This document shows positions 8,131 through 16,745 of a stretch of 36,840 nt of DNA, one piece after another. The stretch is taken from contig DATLVQ010000838.1 of the NCBI GenBank assembly GCA_035577325.1, positions 1-36,840 of the forward strand. The letters are read 5' to 3'. The stretch is from Bryobacteraceae bacterium. GTDB lineage: Bacteria > Acidobacteriota > Terriglobia > Bryobacterales > Bryobacteraceae. Each line of letters begins with the position of its first letter. The first letter of the stretch is position 1. The notes below the pieces were generated by a model, which worked only from the letters and a program-made list of their open reading frames with translations, did no database searches and was not told where the DNA came from. The translations under genes were made by a program, and so were the position numbers.

Positions 8131-11100
8131 TGCCAGAACCCGCCGAATTGGAAACCGATCCGCAGGTAATCGACTACGACGCCTTAGCAAAGAAAGCGGG
8201 CGCTACCGGTTCGACTCCTCCACCTCAGTCCACTCCGGCTGTTGACTACGATGCGCTGGCGAAAAAGGCGGGAGCTACCGGGCAGACAGCGCCGTCCAAT
8301 TCCAATCCTACCGATCAGGATCACCCCGGAGCCGTTTCGCGTTTCTTCAGCAGCCTCGCGAAAAACGCCCTCCCGTCCACAACTCCATCTGACTATCTGA
8401 GCGGTCCAGCCACAGCCATAATGCATCCTTCGTTGCTGATGGACTCCCTTGGCCACATGGTCAAAGGCGCATTATCTGCGCAGGGTGAGCAGGGTAAAAA
8501 GGCGCTAGATGCGATCAAGAAAGGCGACATCGCCGGATCAATCCAACATGGCCTAGGCTACGTTCTCCCCGTCATTGGTCCGCAATTATCGAACGCTGGC
8601 GATCAAATGAAGGAAGGCGACATCGCTGGTGGGCTTGGGTCCACGGTCGGCGCCGCACTACCGATTGTCGCGCCCGAGATGATTAAGAACGTCGGGCGGT
8701 CGATTCCTAAAAAGGTCAACATCCCGGCCCTCGCAACGAATCCCAATCCGGCAGAAGCAGCCGCCGTTGAGTTTGCGCAAGAACGCGGCGTCCCCGTGGA
8801 TGCGGGGTTAGCGACGGGCAATAAGTACGTTCAGGGCGCGCAGGCGCTAGCCGACAAGACGACGCTTCCAGGCGCGGTTATTTCCGGACGGGCGCGCGCT
8901 GCGCAGGCGGCTGGCATGGAGAAGTTAGGCGGGGAACTGGCTGGTGAGGCTCACGCCGAACCGCAGGTACCCGAAAGCGCCGGGGAAGCAACCCATGCGG
9001 CCGTCAGGCAAGCAGCGGAAACTGAAGCGCGCGCCTTGGCGCAAGAGGGGCAGGATATTGCCGCGCAGGTACATCCCGAGCCGCAAAGTCCGGAGACTGC
9101 CGGTAAAGCGGTGTCGGGTTCGCTGACCAATCGCATTTCTGCGCTGCGTAATTCGGCTGATTCAGCCTATGACGCCTTCCGAGAACTTGAGCAGGACCCG
9201 AAGAACCTGAAAGACGTTCAGACGGGCACCAAGATCACCACAAAGCAGGTACCTACCGGCGAAGAAGATTCATTTGGGATGCCGACCTACGGCGAGCAGG
9301 AGATTCGTACTCCCATCGCCGAGAAGATGGCGATTCCCACGGATGTCCGCGGTATCAAGGCCGACCTCGCGCCGATGCTTCAGGACATGGAAAAGTGGAT
9401 GGAACCGGCGAGGCGCAACGCTTCCGCAGGATACCAAGCAATCAAGAGCATTGTGAATGGTCCGGACTTTATTCCAGCGAGCCAAGCTGAAAAGGGACTC
9501 GGCGGATTGAAGGCGCTTGCGCGTGAGGCTCCGAGCGAGGACTTGGCAAACGTGAGTCAAGGAATCGGGAAGAATCTTGCGGGACGACTGCAAAAGCAGA
9601 TTGATGCCGCGGTGCAGCACACTGCTGGACCCGAAGCGCTCAAGGCACTCCAAGAAGGACGTGCGTCTCACGCCCAAAAGATGGAGGTAGCGGACGTTTT
9701 AGATTCTCTACGTAAAGAGCCGGTCCAAGCGTTCAATCAGTCAACGATGGCTGGCGATGCGGGTATTGAAAAGCTGCGAGAAATTGCACAGGCCGCGCCG
9801 GGCGAGATTCCAAGGATTGGGCGCGCATGGCTGGATCATCAGATGGCATCAGCGAGTCAGGTACCCGGTCGATTCGACGGGGAGATGTTTACCGACGCTT
9901 GGCACAAGTTGGGTCCTGAGACGCAGAAGATCCTTTTCGGCAAGAACGCGCGCGCTATCGAGAACTTTGCAAACCGCTCGGCTACGGGCGGAGTGGCGCA
10001 GGTGTTCGACCGTCTGAAGGCTGAACCGGTGCAGGTATTCAAGCAGGCAACGATGGCGAATGACGCGGGAATCGATCAGCTCCGATCAATTGCGCGCATT
10101 GCTCCGGAAGAGATGCCGAAGATCGGACGGGCATTCCTAGATGAGTTGCTATCGAAGGCGACTGCTGAAGGCGGGTTTCAGCGAGGTGCTTCTCTGTTCA
10201 GCGACTGGAAACGCTTGGGACCACAGACCAAGGCGCTATTGTTTGATCGGCCAGGCCTCGTGGATTCCCTCGATAAGTTCTTTCTTGTGGCGAAGCGGCT
10301 AGCGGACAACCCGAATCCTTCTGGAACTGCAACGCTTGGGACGCAAGCGGCCGGTGGGCTTCTGATGGGAACTAACCCGCTGTTGGGAACGTTACAGCAG
10401 ATCGGCGGCGGTTCGCTCTCCGCGCTGTTCCGGAATCCGACCGTAATCAAACTGCTGACCAAGGGATTAGAGATTCCGCTTCGTCCGGGCGAGATGGCGC
10501 GTTTGGAAACGGCGGCGAAGGCCGCGGCAGTGGATTCAGGGGTTCGTCCTGCGGCTGGAGTGCGCGCGCCTGCGCAGCCGCCAGCACCACAGCCCGCGAT
10601 TGCACCGCCCGCGGCCCCTGAAGTTCCGCCTGCGCAACCTCTCGGACAATTACCGCCTCCCTCGCCTCGAGCCCCCACGCAGGGAAATCCTAACGCCCCA
10701 GCGTCCCCAATCCTACCCCCGGAGGTTCCCAATGCCCCACAAGCGCCTGTACAAGCGCCCGCGCAGGTTCGTCCAGCGGCGGCGGGAGCGGCTGGCCCGT
10801 CTCCGAGCCAAGGGCAGACTTTAGGACAACTGCCAGCGCCCCTTGACACGGCACCCCAACCAGGTCCACAATCAAGGAATGTCGCAACCGGACAGTCCGC
10901 AAATCTCCCAAGAGCAGCGGGAGAAGTCCAGCAAGTTCGTGGAGCAAATGGAGCGGACCAAAGCCGCACGGCAGGCGTTGAAACAACAATCAGCGTCCCA
11001 GGTGAAACTGCTGAATACCCCGCCCGCTACACAGTCCGTGAACTAGACAGCCTCCAACCGTCGCACAGCGGACTGAATTTCCAATCCAACAAGAAGTATG

Positions 11101-12218
11101 GTGCCGGTGGTCTAGATCTTAAGAACGATCGCAACTACTCCAATTCGGTCAATCAGGACAAGGTTCTCACGAACGCGCAACCGGGCAAGTTCAACCCGAA
11201 CTATCTAGTTACCGACAATCCAGACGCGACCAATGGGCCTCCGATTGTAGACGAGCAAGGTAACGCTCTCGGCGGCAATGGCCGGCTGATGATCCTCCAG
11301 CGCGTTCACGCCTACAACCCGGAAGGATCCGCAGCATATCGTGAAGCGTTGACGGCCAAGGCGGAACAGTTCGGCGTGGACCCCGAAGCGATTGCAGGGA
11401 TGAAGAAGCCTGTCTTGGTTCGTGAGGTTCCCAGTGAGCATTGGGACAGCGGATCGCGCGCAAAGGCGGTTACTGACTTCAATAAGAAAGGCACCGCAGA
11501 CCTTACGCCTTCCGAGCGTGCTATCGCAGATTCTCGGCGCGTCTCGCAAGAGACGCTCGACCACGTAGCTACGCAACTGGAAGCTGCTGGACCAAAGGCA
11601 ACGATGGCCGATGCCTTGGACAAAGGAAAGGGCATTGAAGTTCTTCAGCGGTTGATTGACGATGGCGTGATCTCTCCGCAAGAGAGAGCATCGCTAGCCA
11701 ACGAATCCGGCTTGACGAAAGACGGCCGGTCGCGAGTCAGCAGTTTGCTCATTGGTAGGTTCTTTCAGGACGCCGCGCATATTGACAACGTGAGTCCCGC
11801 GGTCAGAGCTAAAGTGGAGCGGATCGCCGCGCCGCTTGCTAAGACGGAAGGACTTGAAGGCGAATGGAATCTTGTGCCCCACGTGCAGGATGCCATGAAG
11901 ATTCTCGAAGAAATGCGCGGGAAGGGTTCAAAGAACGTAGATGAGTTTATCCGGCAAGAGGGATTATTCGCAAAGCAGAGCTATTCTCCGCAGTCGCTTG
12001 CGCTCGCCGAAGGGTTGAGCAAGGCGAAGACTGCCGACGTCGTTACAGCCGCTCGGCGCTACGCTGAAGACGCTTCTTTCGCTAGTCACCCGTCCATGTT
12101 CGGCAACACACCTACCCCTGAATCTGCGTTCTCTGATACTTTTGGTAAACTTGGTAAGCCCGCTGCAAAGTCGGCAACGACTACGCCTCGGGAAACGCTA
12201 GGTCAGTTAGGAAACTGA
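8130..12218 (+). CDS. 1362-aa multidomain virion protein with a C-terminal ParB/Srx-like domain (polyvalent-protein-like)
   Basis: The ATG overlaps the upstream TAA. The N-terminus has DYDALAKKAGATG repeats and there is an internal ~104-aa duplication. A Pro-rich linker is followed by the segment YTVRELDSLQPSHSG...LKNDRNYS...GPPIVDEQGNALGGNGRLMILQR, which resembles ParB-fold domains. Confidence 0.6.
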   Translation: MPEPAELETDPQVIDYDALAKKAGATGSTPPPQSTPAVDYDALAKKAGATGQTAPSNSNPTDQDHPGAVSRFFSSLAKNALPSTTPSDYLSGPATAIMHPSLLMDSLGHMVKGALSAQGEQGKKALDAIKKGDIAGSIQHGLGYVLPVIGPQLSNAGDQMKEGDIAGGLGSTVGAALPIVAPEMIKNVGRSIPKKVNIPALATNPNPAEAAAVEFAQERGVPVDAGLATGNKYVQGAQALADKTTLPGAVISGRARAAQAAGMEKLGGELAGEAHAEPQVPESAGEATHAAVRQAAETEARALAQEGQDIAAQVHPEPQSPETAGKAVSGSLTNRISALRNSADSAYDAFRELEQDPKNLKDVQTGTKITTKQVPTGEEDSFGMPTYGEQEIRTPIAEKMAIPTDVRGIKADLAPMLQDMEKWMEPARRNASAGYQAIKSIVNGPDFIPASQAEKGLGGLKALAREAPSEDLANVSQGIGKNLAGRLQKQIDAAVQHTAGPEALKALQEGRASHAQKMEVADVLDSLRKEPVQAFNQSTMAGDAGIEKLREIAQAAPGEIPRIGRAWLDHQMASASQVPGRFDGEMFTDAWHKLGPETQKILFGKNARAIENFANRSATGGVAQVFDRLKAEPVQVFKQATMANDAGIDQLRSIARIAPEEMPKIGRAFLDELLSKATAEGGFQRGASLFSDWKRLGPQTKALLFDRPGLVDSLDKFFLVAKRLADNPNPSGTATLGTQAAGGLLMGTNPLLGTLQQIGGGSLSALFRNPTVIKLLTKGLEIPLRPGEMARLETAAKAAAVDSGVRPAAGVRAPAQPPAPQPAIAPPAAPEVPPAQPLGQLPPPSPRAPTQGNPNAPASPILPPEVPNAPQAPVQAPAQVRPAAAGAAGPSPSQGQTLGQLPAPLDTAPQPGPQSRNVATGQSANLPRAAGEVQQVRGANGADQSRTAGVETTISVPGETAEYPARYTVRELDSLQPSHSGLNFQSNKKYGAGGLDLKNDRNYSNSVNQDKVLTNAQPGKFNPNYLVTDNPDATNGPPIVDEQGNALGGNGRLMILQRVHAYNPEGSAAYREALTAKAEQFGVDPEAIAGMKKPVLVREVPSEHWDSGSRAKAVTDFNKKGTADLTPSERAIADSRRVSQETLDHVATQLEAAGPKATMADALDKGKGIEVLQRLIDDGVISPQERASLANESGLTKDGRSRVSSLLIGRFFQDAAHIDNVSPAVRAKVERIAAPLAKTEGLEGEWNLVPHVQDAMKILEEMRGKGSKNVDEFIRQEGLFAKQSYSPQSLALAEGLSKAKTADVVTAARRYAEDASFASHPSMFGNTPTPESAFSDTFGKLGKPAAKSATTTPRETLGQLGN
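8166..8290 (+). repeat. 66-nt tandem coding duplication (DYDALAKKAGATG x2)
   Basis: VIDYDALAKKAGATGSTPPPQSTPAVDYDALAKKAGATGQT is seen in the translated ORF. The two DNA copies are similar but not identical. Confidence 0.7.
9690..10315 (+). repeat. internal ~312-nt (104-aa) domain duplication, diverged
   Basis: Copy 1 reads LRKEPVQAFNQSTMAGDAGIEKLREIAQAAPGEIPRIGRAWLD...WHKLGPETQKILF. Copy 2 reads LKAEPVQVFKQATMANDAGIDQLRSIARIAPEEMPKIGRAFLD...WKRLGPQTKALLF. Confidence 0.75.
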
Positions 12219-12220
12219 GC

Positions 12221-12805
12221 ATGTCCCCGAAACAACACGCAGCCTTGGTAGACGCGGCCCAAAGAAGGAAGGAAGGCAAACCGCCGCGGAACCGCATCCG
12301 GTCTGAGGATCGGAGAAGGAAGCATCGGCCCTTGGTAATCGTCATCCCTGAGATTGAAGTACCAGACCTCCGCGCGGAGCGCATCGAGAACCTCGAGAAG
12401 AAGATTTACGAATGCCAGATGCGCTGCTACCACTTCATCAACCAATCACTCGTCAGCTTGGACAAACTGGAATCCAGCAACCGGGCGTTGATCGAACGAG
12501 GAGCGCCTAAGACCCAATACAGCACCAGTGACCGAATCTCTGACAAGCTGCGTAAGCATGTGGACGCCTGCACATCGATTGTAAAGGCACTCGCGGCGAG
12601 CCAATTGGCAAACTCCTCCTATTTCCGAGAACCGCCGGCTATTCTGCCTCCGGCTGAAGTTCCGACCGAGCCGACAATCGAGATGCGTTCCACTGGTGGG
12701 TATGTTCCAGCAAATCCCACCGACGAAGAATGGATGCGTGAGTCGAAGCATGGCGAGAAGATCGTGTTAAGTTCAATGCCGCTAGCCAGCCGCAAGGAAC
12801 AGTAG
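12221..12805 (+). CDS. small terminase subunit candidate (by position)
   Basis: 194-aa ORF immediately upstream of the large terminase, with a basic N-terminus. No motif was recognised. Confidence 0.3.
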   Translation: MSPKQHAALVDAAQRRKEGKPPRNRIRSEDRRRKHRPLVIVIPEIEVPDLRAERIENLEKKIYECQMRCYHFINQSLVSLDKLESSNRALIERGAPKTQYSTSDRISDKLRKHVDACTSIVKALAASQLANSSYFREPPAILPPAEVPTEPTIEMRSTGGYVPANPTDEEWMRESKHGEKIVLSSMPLASRKEQ

Positions 12806-12808
12806 CCC

Positions 12809-14323
12809 ATGTGGGCTCCGCAGAGTTGGCCGCAGCGCCAAGCGCTGGAATGTCCCGCGCGCTTCCTGCTATTTGGCGGCGCGGCCGGTGCCTTGAAGAC
12901 CGAAACCGCGCTCATGGACGCAATCAAGTACCGTGAGAATCCTCGCGCGAAATCCCTCCTCTTCCGTAAAACCTCCAAAGAAATGTTGCAAATGATCGAA
13001 CGTGGCGATGAGCTCTATCGCCAGTTTGGGGCAGAACCGCGCGGAGGAACCTACAACCGTCACTACATCTTTCCGTCCGGTATGCGTGTCTACATGACCG
13101 GCGCCGGGAAGGACGACAAGGGCATCTACCAGTGGCAGAGTTGGGAATTCGACTACATGGGCGGCGACGAGGCCGGCATGTTTCTCGAAAAACCAATCCG
13201 CTGGCTGATTGCTCGCAACCGTACTTCTGACCCATCGCTTCAGAATCGCTTACGCATCCGCCTTTATACGAATCCGGCCGGACCCGGCGTCAGTTTCATG
13301 AAGCACGCCTTCATCGGACCTGGCTGTCACCATTGCACGATCGAAAGGGATGAGAACGGCAACCGCCTGACTCGCGAGCCATACCACATCTATCGAGACG
13401 CGGAGTGGGAGAGCGACCGACACAAGATCGGAATGAGCACGTGCTTTATCCCCGGAAAGCTCTCGGACCACAACCTACTCCCGGATTATGAAACGACGAC
13501 GCTGGCCACGTTGACGGCTGCTGACCGGAAGAAGCTGAAAGAAGGCTGCTGGATATCGCTGGAGGGAAACTACTTCAGCAACTTCGATATCAAGACGATG
13601 GTCATACCTCGTCAGAAGGTCGGGGATGAGTGGTGGTGGAATCACTGGATGGGAGCCGACTACGGGTTCCGCGGATCGGCGGCTGCGGCTGGCTTGTGGG
13701 TGAAGAGGCCAGCCCCGAAACCTTCAGAAGCAAATCCGAATCCACGACCGTGCTCCATTTTGATTGAGGAGTACGTATCTCGGAATGAGGCCCCTGACGC
13801 ATTTGGACGCACATTGAAAAGTCGATGGCTTGACCGCTCGGACGGCCAGACACGGCGCGTGATGGCCGGATATCTTGGGCCTGACTCATTCGCTCAACGA
13901 GACGATCAGCACACGATCGCGGATCAGATGATTGACGGCTCTGGATATGGATGGGAGGAAGCTTCGAACGACCGGGCTGGCGGCGCATTGCTGTTCTATT
14001 CTGGTCTGGATAATGGCCATATCCTCATCGCTGACAACTGCAAGCAGGCGATTCAATGTCTCCAGACCAGGCAGATTGACCCAAGCGACTCGCGAAAGGT
14101 GCGTAAAGACGTAGGCGACACATTTGACGATATTTGGGATGGGGTCCTACGCTACCCCACATACAGCGAATTCAGAGCGGCACGGGAACCAAACGACGTG
14201 CGCCTAAAGCGCATTGCCGCAGAGATGAAGGACGTAGACCCAACATCAAGGGCTATTCGGATGCGGGAAGAAAGAGCCGCGATGCAAGCCGAAGGGCGCC
14301 CGATCAGCTACCGGAGGCGGTAA
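12809..14323 (+). CDS. terL: terminase large subunit
   Basis: There is a P-loop-like FLLFGGAAGALKTE near the N-terminus and a Walker-B-like YMGGDEAG. The C-terminal half is nuclease-like (WMGADYGF ...). Size (504 aa) and context fit. Confidence 0.8.
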   Translation: MWAPQSWPQRQALECPARFLLFGGAAGALKTETALMDAIKYRENPRAKSLLFRKTSKEMLQMIERGDELYRQFGAEPRGGTYNRHYIFPSGMRVYMTGAGKDDKGIYQWQSWEFDYMGGDEAGMFLEKPIRWLIARNRTSDPSLQNRLRIRLYTNPAGPGVSFMKHAFIGPGCHHCTIERDENGNRLTREPYHIYRDAEWESDRHKIGMSTCFIPGKLSDHNLLPDYETTTLATLTAADRKKLKEGCWISLEGNYFSNFDIKTMVIPRQKVGDEWWWNHWMGADYGFRGSAAAAGLWVKRPAPKPSEANPNPRPCSILIEEYVSRNEAPDAFGRTLKSRWLDRSDGQTRRVMAGYLGPDSFAQRDDQHTIADQMIDGSGYGWEEASNDRAGGALLFYSGLDNGHILIADNCKQAIQCLQTRQIDPSDSRKVRKDVGDTFDDIWDGVLRYPTYSEFRAAREPNDVRLKRIAAEMKDVDPTSRAIRMREERAAMQAEGRPISYRRR

Positions 14324-15755
14324 TCCGATTCCACAGCTTCACAAACGCTATTGATGCACTGTCCGGCGCTACTCCATTTCCGACGCATCGGAGTTGATCG
14401 ACACGGTTTGCCAATCCGGAGGCCAACCCATCAGCCAAGCGGCGAAGCGCGGGTTGAGCCTCCTGTTCTTCTGGGGTTGGGCCATCAACCACGAGAAACG
14501 GGGCAAGCTCGGGGTAGGCGTCGATGATGGCTGGCCATCTTGGGTCGTTGGGTCCGGGGGCGAAGCGTGGAAGAGTTGCTCGGCTGCTTCGTCCAGTTGG
14601 CCGCGTCTCTGTCCCGGCTTCGATGATCCCTTGTGGTCGTTGGCGCTGGGAGTCGGCCTGGCCGACTCCCATGCTGATACCTGATTCCGCAACCGCTGAT
14701 CCGATGTCGCCATTTCTTCCGTTCCGTATCTCTCTGCTCCGTGCTGATCCTGCACGTGATCCCGCGTGGTCGGCGTCCCCCATAACTTCATCACCCCGTC
14801 CAAGCTGTCCGCTTCCCGATCCGCTCTCTTGCCGCCCTGCTTCTCCGCGTCCATTTGTCGAGGTGTTGGCCAGTTCTGTGCTGCATTGATCAGGTCGTGA
14901 TCCTTGTAGTGGTGATCCGCCATTGTGTTGCTGCGCGCCCCTCCTGCGTCGTGATGTTGCGGTGTCGGCAGGATCGATGGAATATTCTTGGTCCGATTCT
15001 CCAATCCGCTTGGATGGTGATCCCTCTCGCTTGGTGATCTCCATTGCGTTGCCTGCTTCGCAAACTCCCCGCCGCATCCGTAATCCCCGCTCGCCTCCTG
15101 CCCCATCATCCCGTGGGGAGTTTTCCAATTGGCCTGAGAGGGTTCCCATGTCGTCGTCGTCGTCTGTAAATTCTCGCCGCCGTCCCGCCCCTCGGTTCCG
15201 GGTCCAGTTATGCAGTTCGCCGTTGGCGACGGCCAACACAAAGAAGCGCTCTCTCTTGTGGCTCGCGCCGACTTCCTCCGCGCTAAAGAGTCCTGCCTCA
15301 AACCGGAAACCCATGCCGCATAATCTTTCTCCGATGGGCTGGAAAAACTTAAGCTGCCCTGGGACGTTTTCGAGAAAGACCAAGGCGGGTCGCACTTGAT
15401 CGATGATGTCGAAGGCACCGGGCCAGATTGCTCGCTCGTCTTCATGACCCTTGCGTGCGCCGGCAACGGAGTAAGGTTGACACGGCAATCCCGCAATGAC
15501 TGCATCCACGATTCCATGCCAAGGGCGACCGTAGAAGGTGGTAAGGTCAGACCAGATAGGCGCGTCAGGAAGTTGGCCTTCTGCCATGCGCGCCGCCAGT
15601 ACTGCGGCTGCATAAGCTTCCCTCTCGACGTGACAGACTGTGCGAGCGCGTCCCAATCCGGCTCTCTCGCAACCTTCGGAGAATCCCCTTCCGAGCATTC
15701 CGACGCCAGCGCAGAGTTCAAGCACGTTGATGGTAGGTAAATCCACATGTGTCAC
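14304..15755 (-). CDS. dcm: DNA (cytosine-5)-methyltransferase with a long low-complexity insert
   Basis: Motifs present are LELCAGVGMLGRGF (I), GLPCQPYS (IV), ENVPG (VI), HKRERFFVLA (VIII) and RVDQLRCVGNGVAP (X). The track ORF extends to a GTG at 15875, but the GTG at 15755 overlaps the upstream stop as GTGA and is preferred. Confidence 0.9.
   Translation of the reverse strand: MTHVDLPTINVLELCAGVGMLGRGFSEGCERAGLGRARTVCHVEREAYAAAVLAARMAEGQLPDAPIWSDLTTFYGRPWHGIVDAVIAGLPCQPYSVAGARKGHEDERAIWPGAFDIIDQVRPALVFLENVPGQLKFFQPIGERLCGMGFRFEAGLFSAEEVGASHKRERFFVLAVANGELHNWTRNRGAGRRREFTDDDDDMGTLSGQLENSPRDDGAGGERGLRMRRGVCEAGNAMEITKREGSPSKRIGESDQEYSIDPADTATSRRRRGAQQHNGGSPLQGSRPDQCSTELANTSTNGRGEAGRQESGSGSGQLGRGDEVMGDADHAGSRAGSARSREIRNGRNGDIGSAVAESGISMGVGQADSQRQRPQGIIEAGTETRPTGRSSRATLPRFAPGPNDPRWPAIIDAYPELAPFLVVDGPTPEEQEAQPALRRLADGLASGLANRVDQLRCVGNGVAPDSASIAFVKLWNRITASGS
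14369..15748 (-). other. 459-codon alternative-frame ORF nested in the C5-MTase gene (+1 frame), coding status unresolved
   Basis: Track ORF. Its ATG lies 4 nt after the upstream gene's stop. It carries seven W/L-P-[ST]-P boxes and a terminal LNPRFAAWLMGWPPDW box. See the findings. Confidence 0.3.
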
Positions 15756-16630
15756 GCTTTCATCTCCGAAGGTTCCACGGAAGCAAATAGCCCTGCCTGG
15801 GTGGTTTCTGCTGCCTTCAGGTTGAGCAACGCCTGCTTGAAGTAACTCGGCTTCAGTTCGATGCCAATAAAGCACCGGCCGCGCTGTACGGCGACGTAGC
15901 CTTCAGAACCGATGCCCATGAATGGAGATAGCACCAAGTCTCCGGGGTTGGTCCATAGGTCGATAGCACGTTCGATCACGTCAAGCTGCAGGGGGCAAAT
16001 GTGGCGCTCGTCTGCGGCTTCTCGAGCTCCATCCCGGTTCAGGGTCCGCGAAGGATTAATATCCATCCAGACGGGTGAGGCATAGCGCTGCCAGACCTCG
16101 ATACTGTAGCGCGTGGCATCGTCAATGTTTCCGCACGAGATCCCGCCGAGTCCTTCCGGCGAGAACTTGTGACGCTTCTCGTAGTTGGTGATATTGATCC
16201 CCGGCTTAATGTCGGATTGGCTCTCGCAAAGATTGACTTTATAGCCAAACTTGGGAGCCTCTTCGAGAGCGGTCTGTTCGGCGACACAAAGCGGAGCGAA
16301 GCAGAGAACAGGCAGGCCAGTGTGCAAACTGACGTGCCGCGACCATTCCATACCTTGAGTCGTTTTCGTCATCCCGCAATCTTCAAAGAATGCAGCCTTG
16401 CCGCGCTTCAATCCCCATCGGACAATGGCTGCGGACCATTCGAAACCGTCAGCGCGAAGTGCTTTCTTGATGCGCGACAGTGGCACGTCGAAACCGCAAG
16501 GCTTTGCGCTGAAGTCCTTGCTGCGCAGAAAGTCTTCATACTCCAATCGTACTGCCAGTGCATCTGCCATGTGATCCGCGCTCCCAATGTCGATTAGGTG
16601 TTTTGTGCTGAGTGGTTGAGTGGCGCTCAT
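15752..16630 (-). CDS. N6A/N4C-type DNA methyltransferase-like protein lacking motif IV, with a helicase-like N-terminus
   Basis: The C-terminus reads HICPLQLDVIERAIDLWTNPGDLVLSPFMGIGSEGYVAVQRGRCFIGIELKPSYF, a typical AdoMet motif I region of the beta-class N4/N6 family. No (D/N/S)PP(Y/F/W) tetrapeptide occurs anywhere. The N-terminal segment GLKRGKAAFFEDCGMTKTTQGMEW...APLCVAEQT resembles SNF2-type helicase motifs I/Ia with a degenerate Walker A. The start is either ATG 16630 or GTG 16699. Confidence 0.65.
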   Translation of the reverse strand: MSATQPLSTKHLIDIGSADHMADALAVRLEYEDFLRSKDFSAKPCGFDVPLSRIKKALRADGFEWSAAIVRWGLKRGKAAFFEDCGMTKTTQGMEWSRHVSLHTGLPVLCFAPLCVAEQTALEEAPKFGYKVNLCESQSDIKPGINITNYEKRHKFSPEGLGGISCGNIDDATRYSIEVWQRYASPVWMDINPSRTLNRDGAREAADERHICPLQLDVIERAIDLWTNPGDLVLSPFMGIGSEGYVAVQRGRCFIGIELKPSYFKQALLNLKAAETTQAGLFASVEPSEMKA

Positions 16631-16745
16631 CGTGTTGGGCGCTTCTTGCAGTGAGGTTCGTGCTTGATGCGTTCGGTTGTGGACATTGACTTTCGGCACC
16701 AGTTGCAGTTGACCATTACGGGCGGTCGGCCCTTGCGTGTTTTCA

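Noticed and set aside
10178-10969. 263-aa antisense ORF within the 1362-aa gene
   Set aside because: It lies opposite the GC- and Pro-rich linker, where stop codons are rare on both strands. Its Ala/Gly/Cys/Arg-rich sequence is typical of antisense artefacts.
14394-15740. Four + strand ORFs (96-158 aa) antisense to the C5-MTase gene
   Set aside because: They are fragmented, low-complexity and Arg/Ser/Pro-rich, with no motifs. This is consistent with high-GC antisense noise, unlike the same-strand 459-aa frame.
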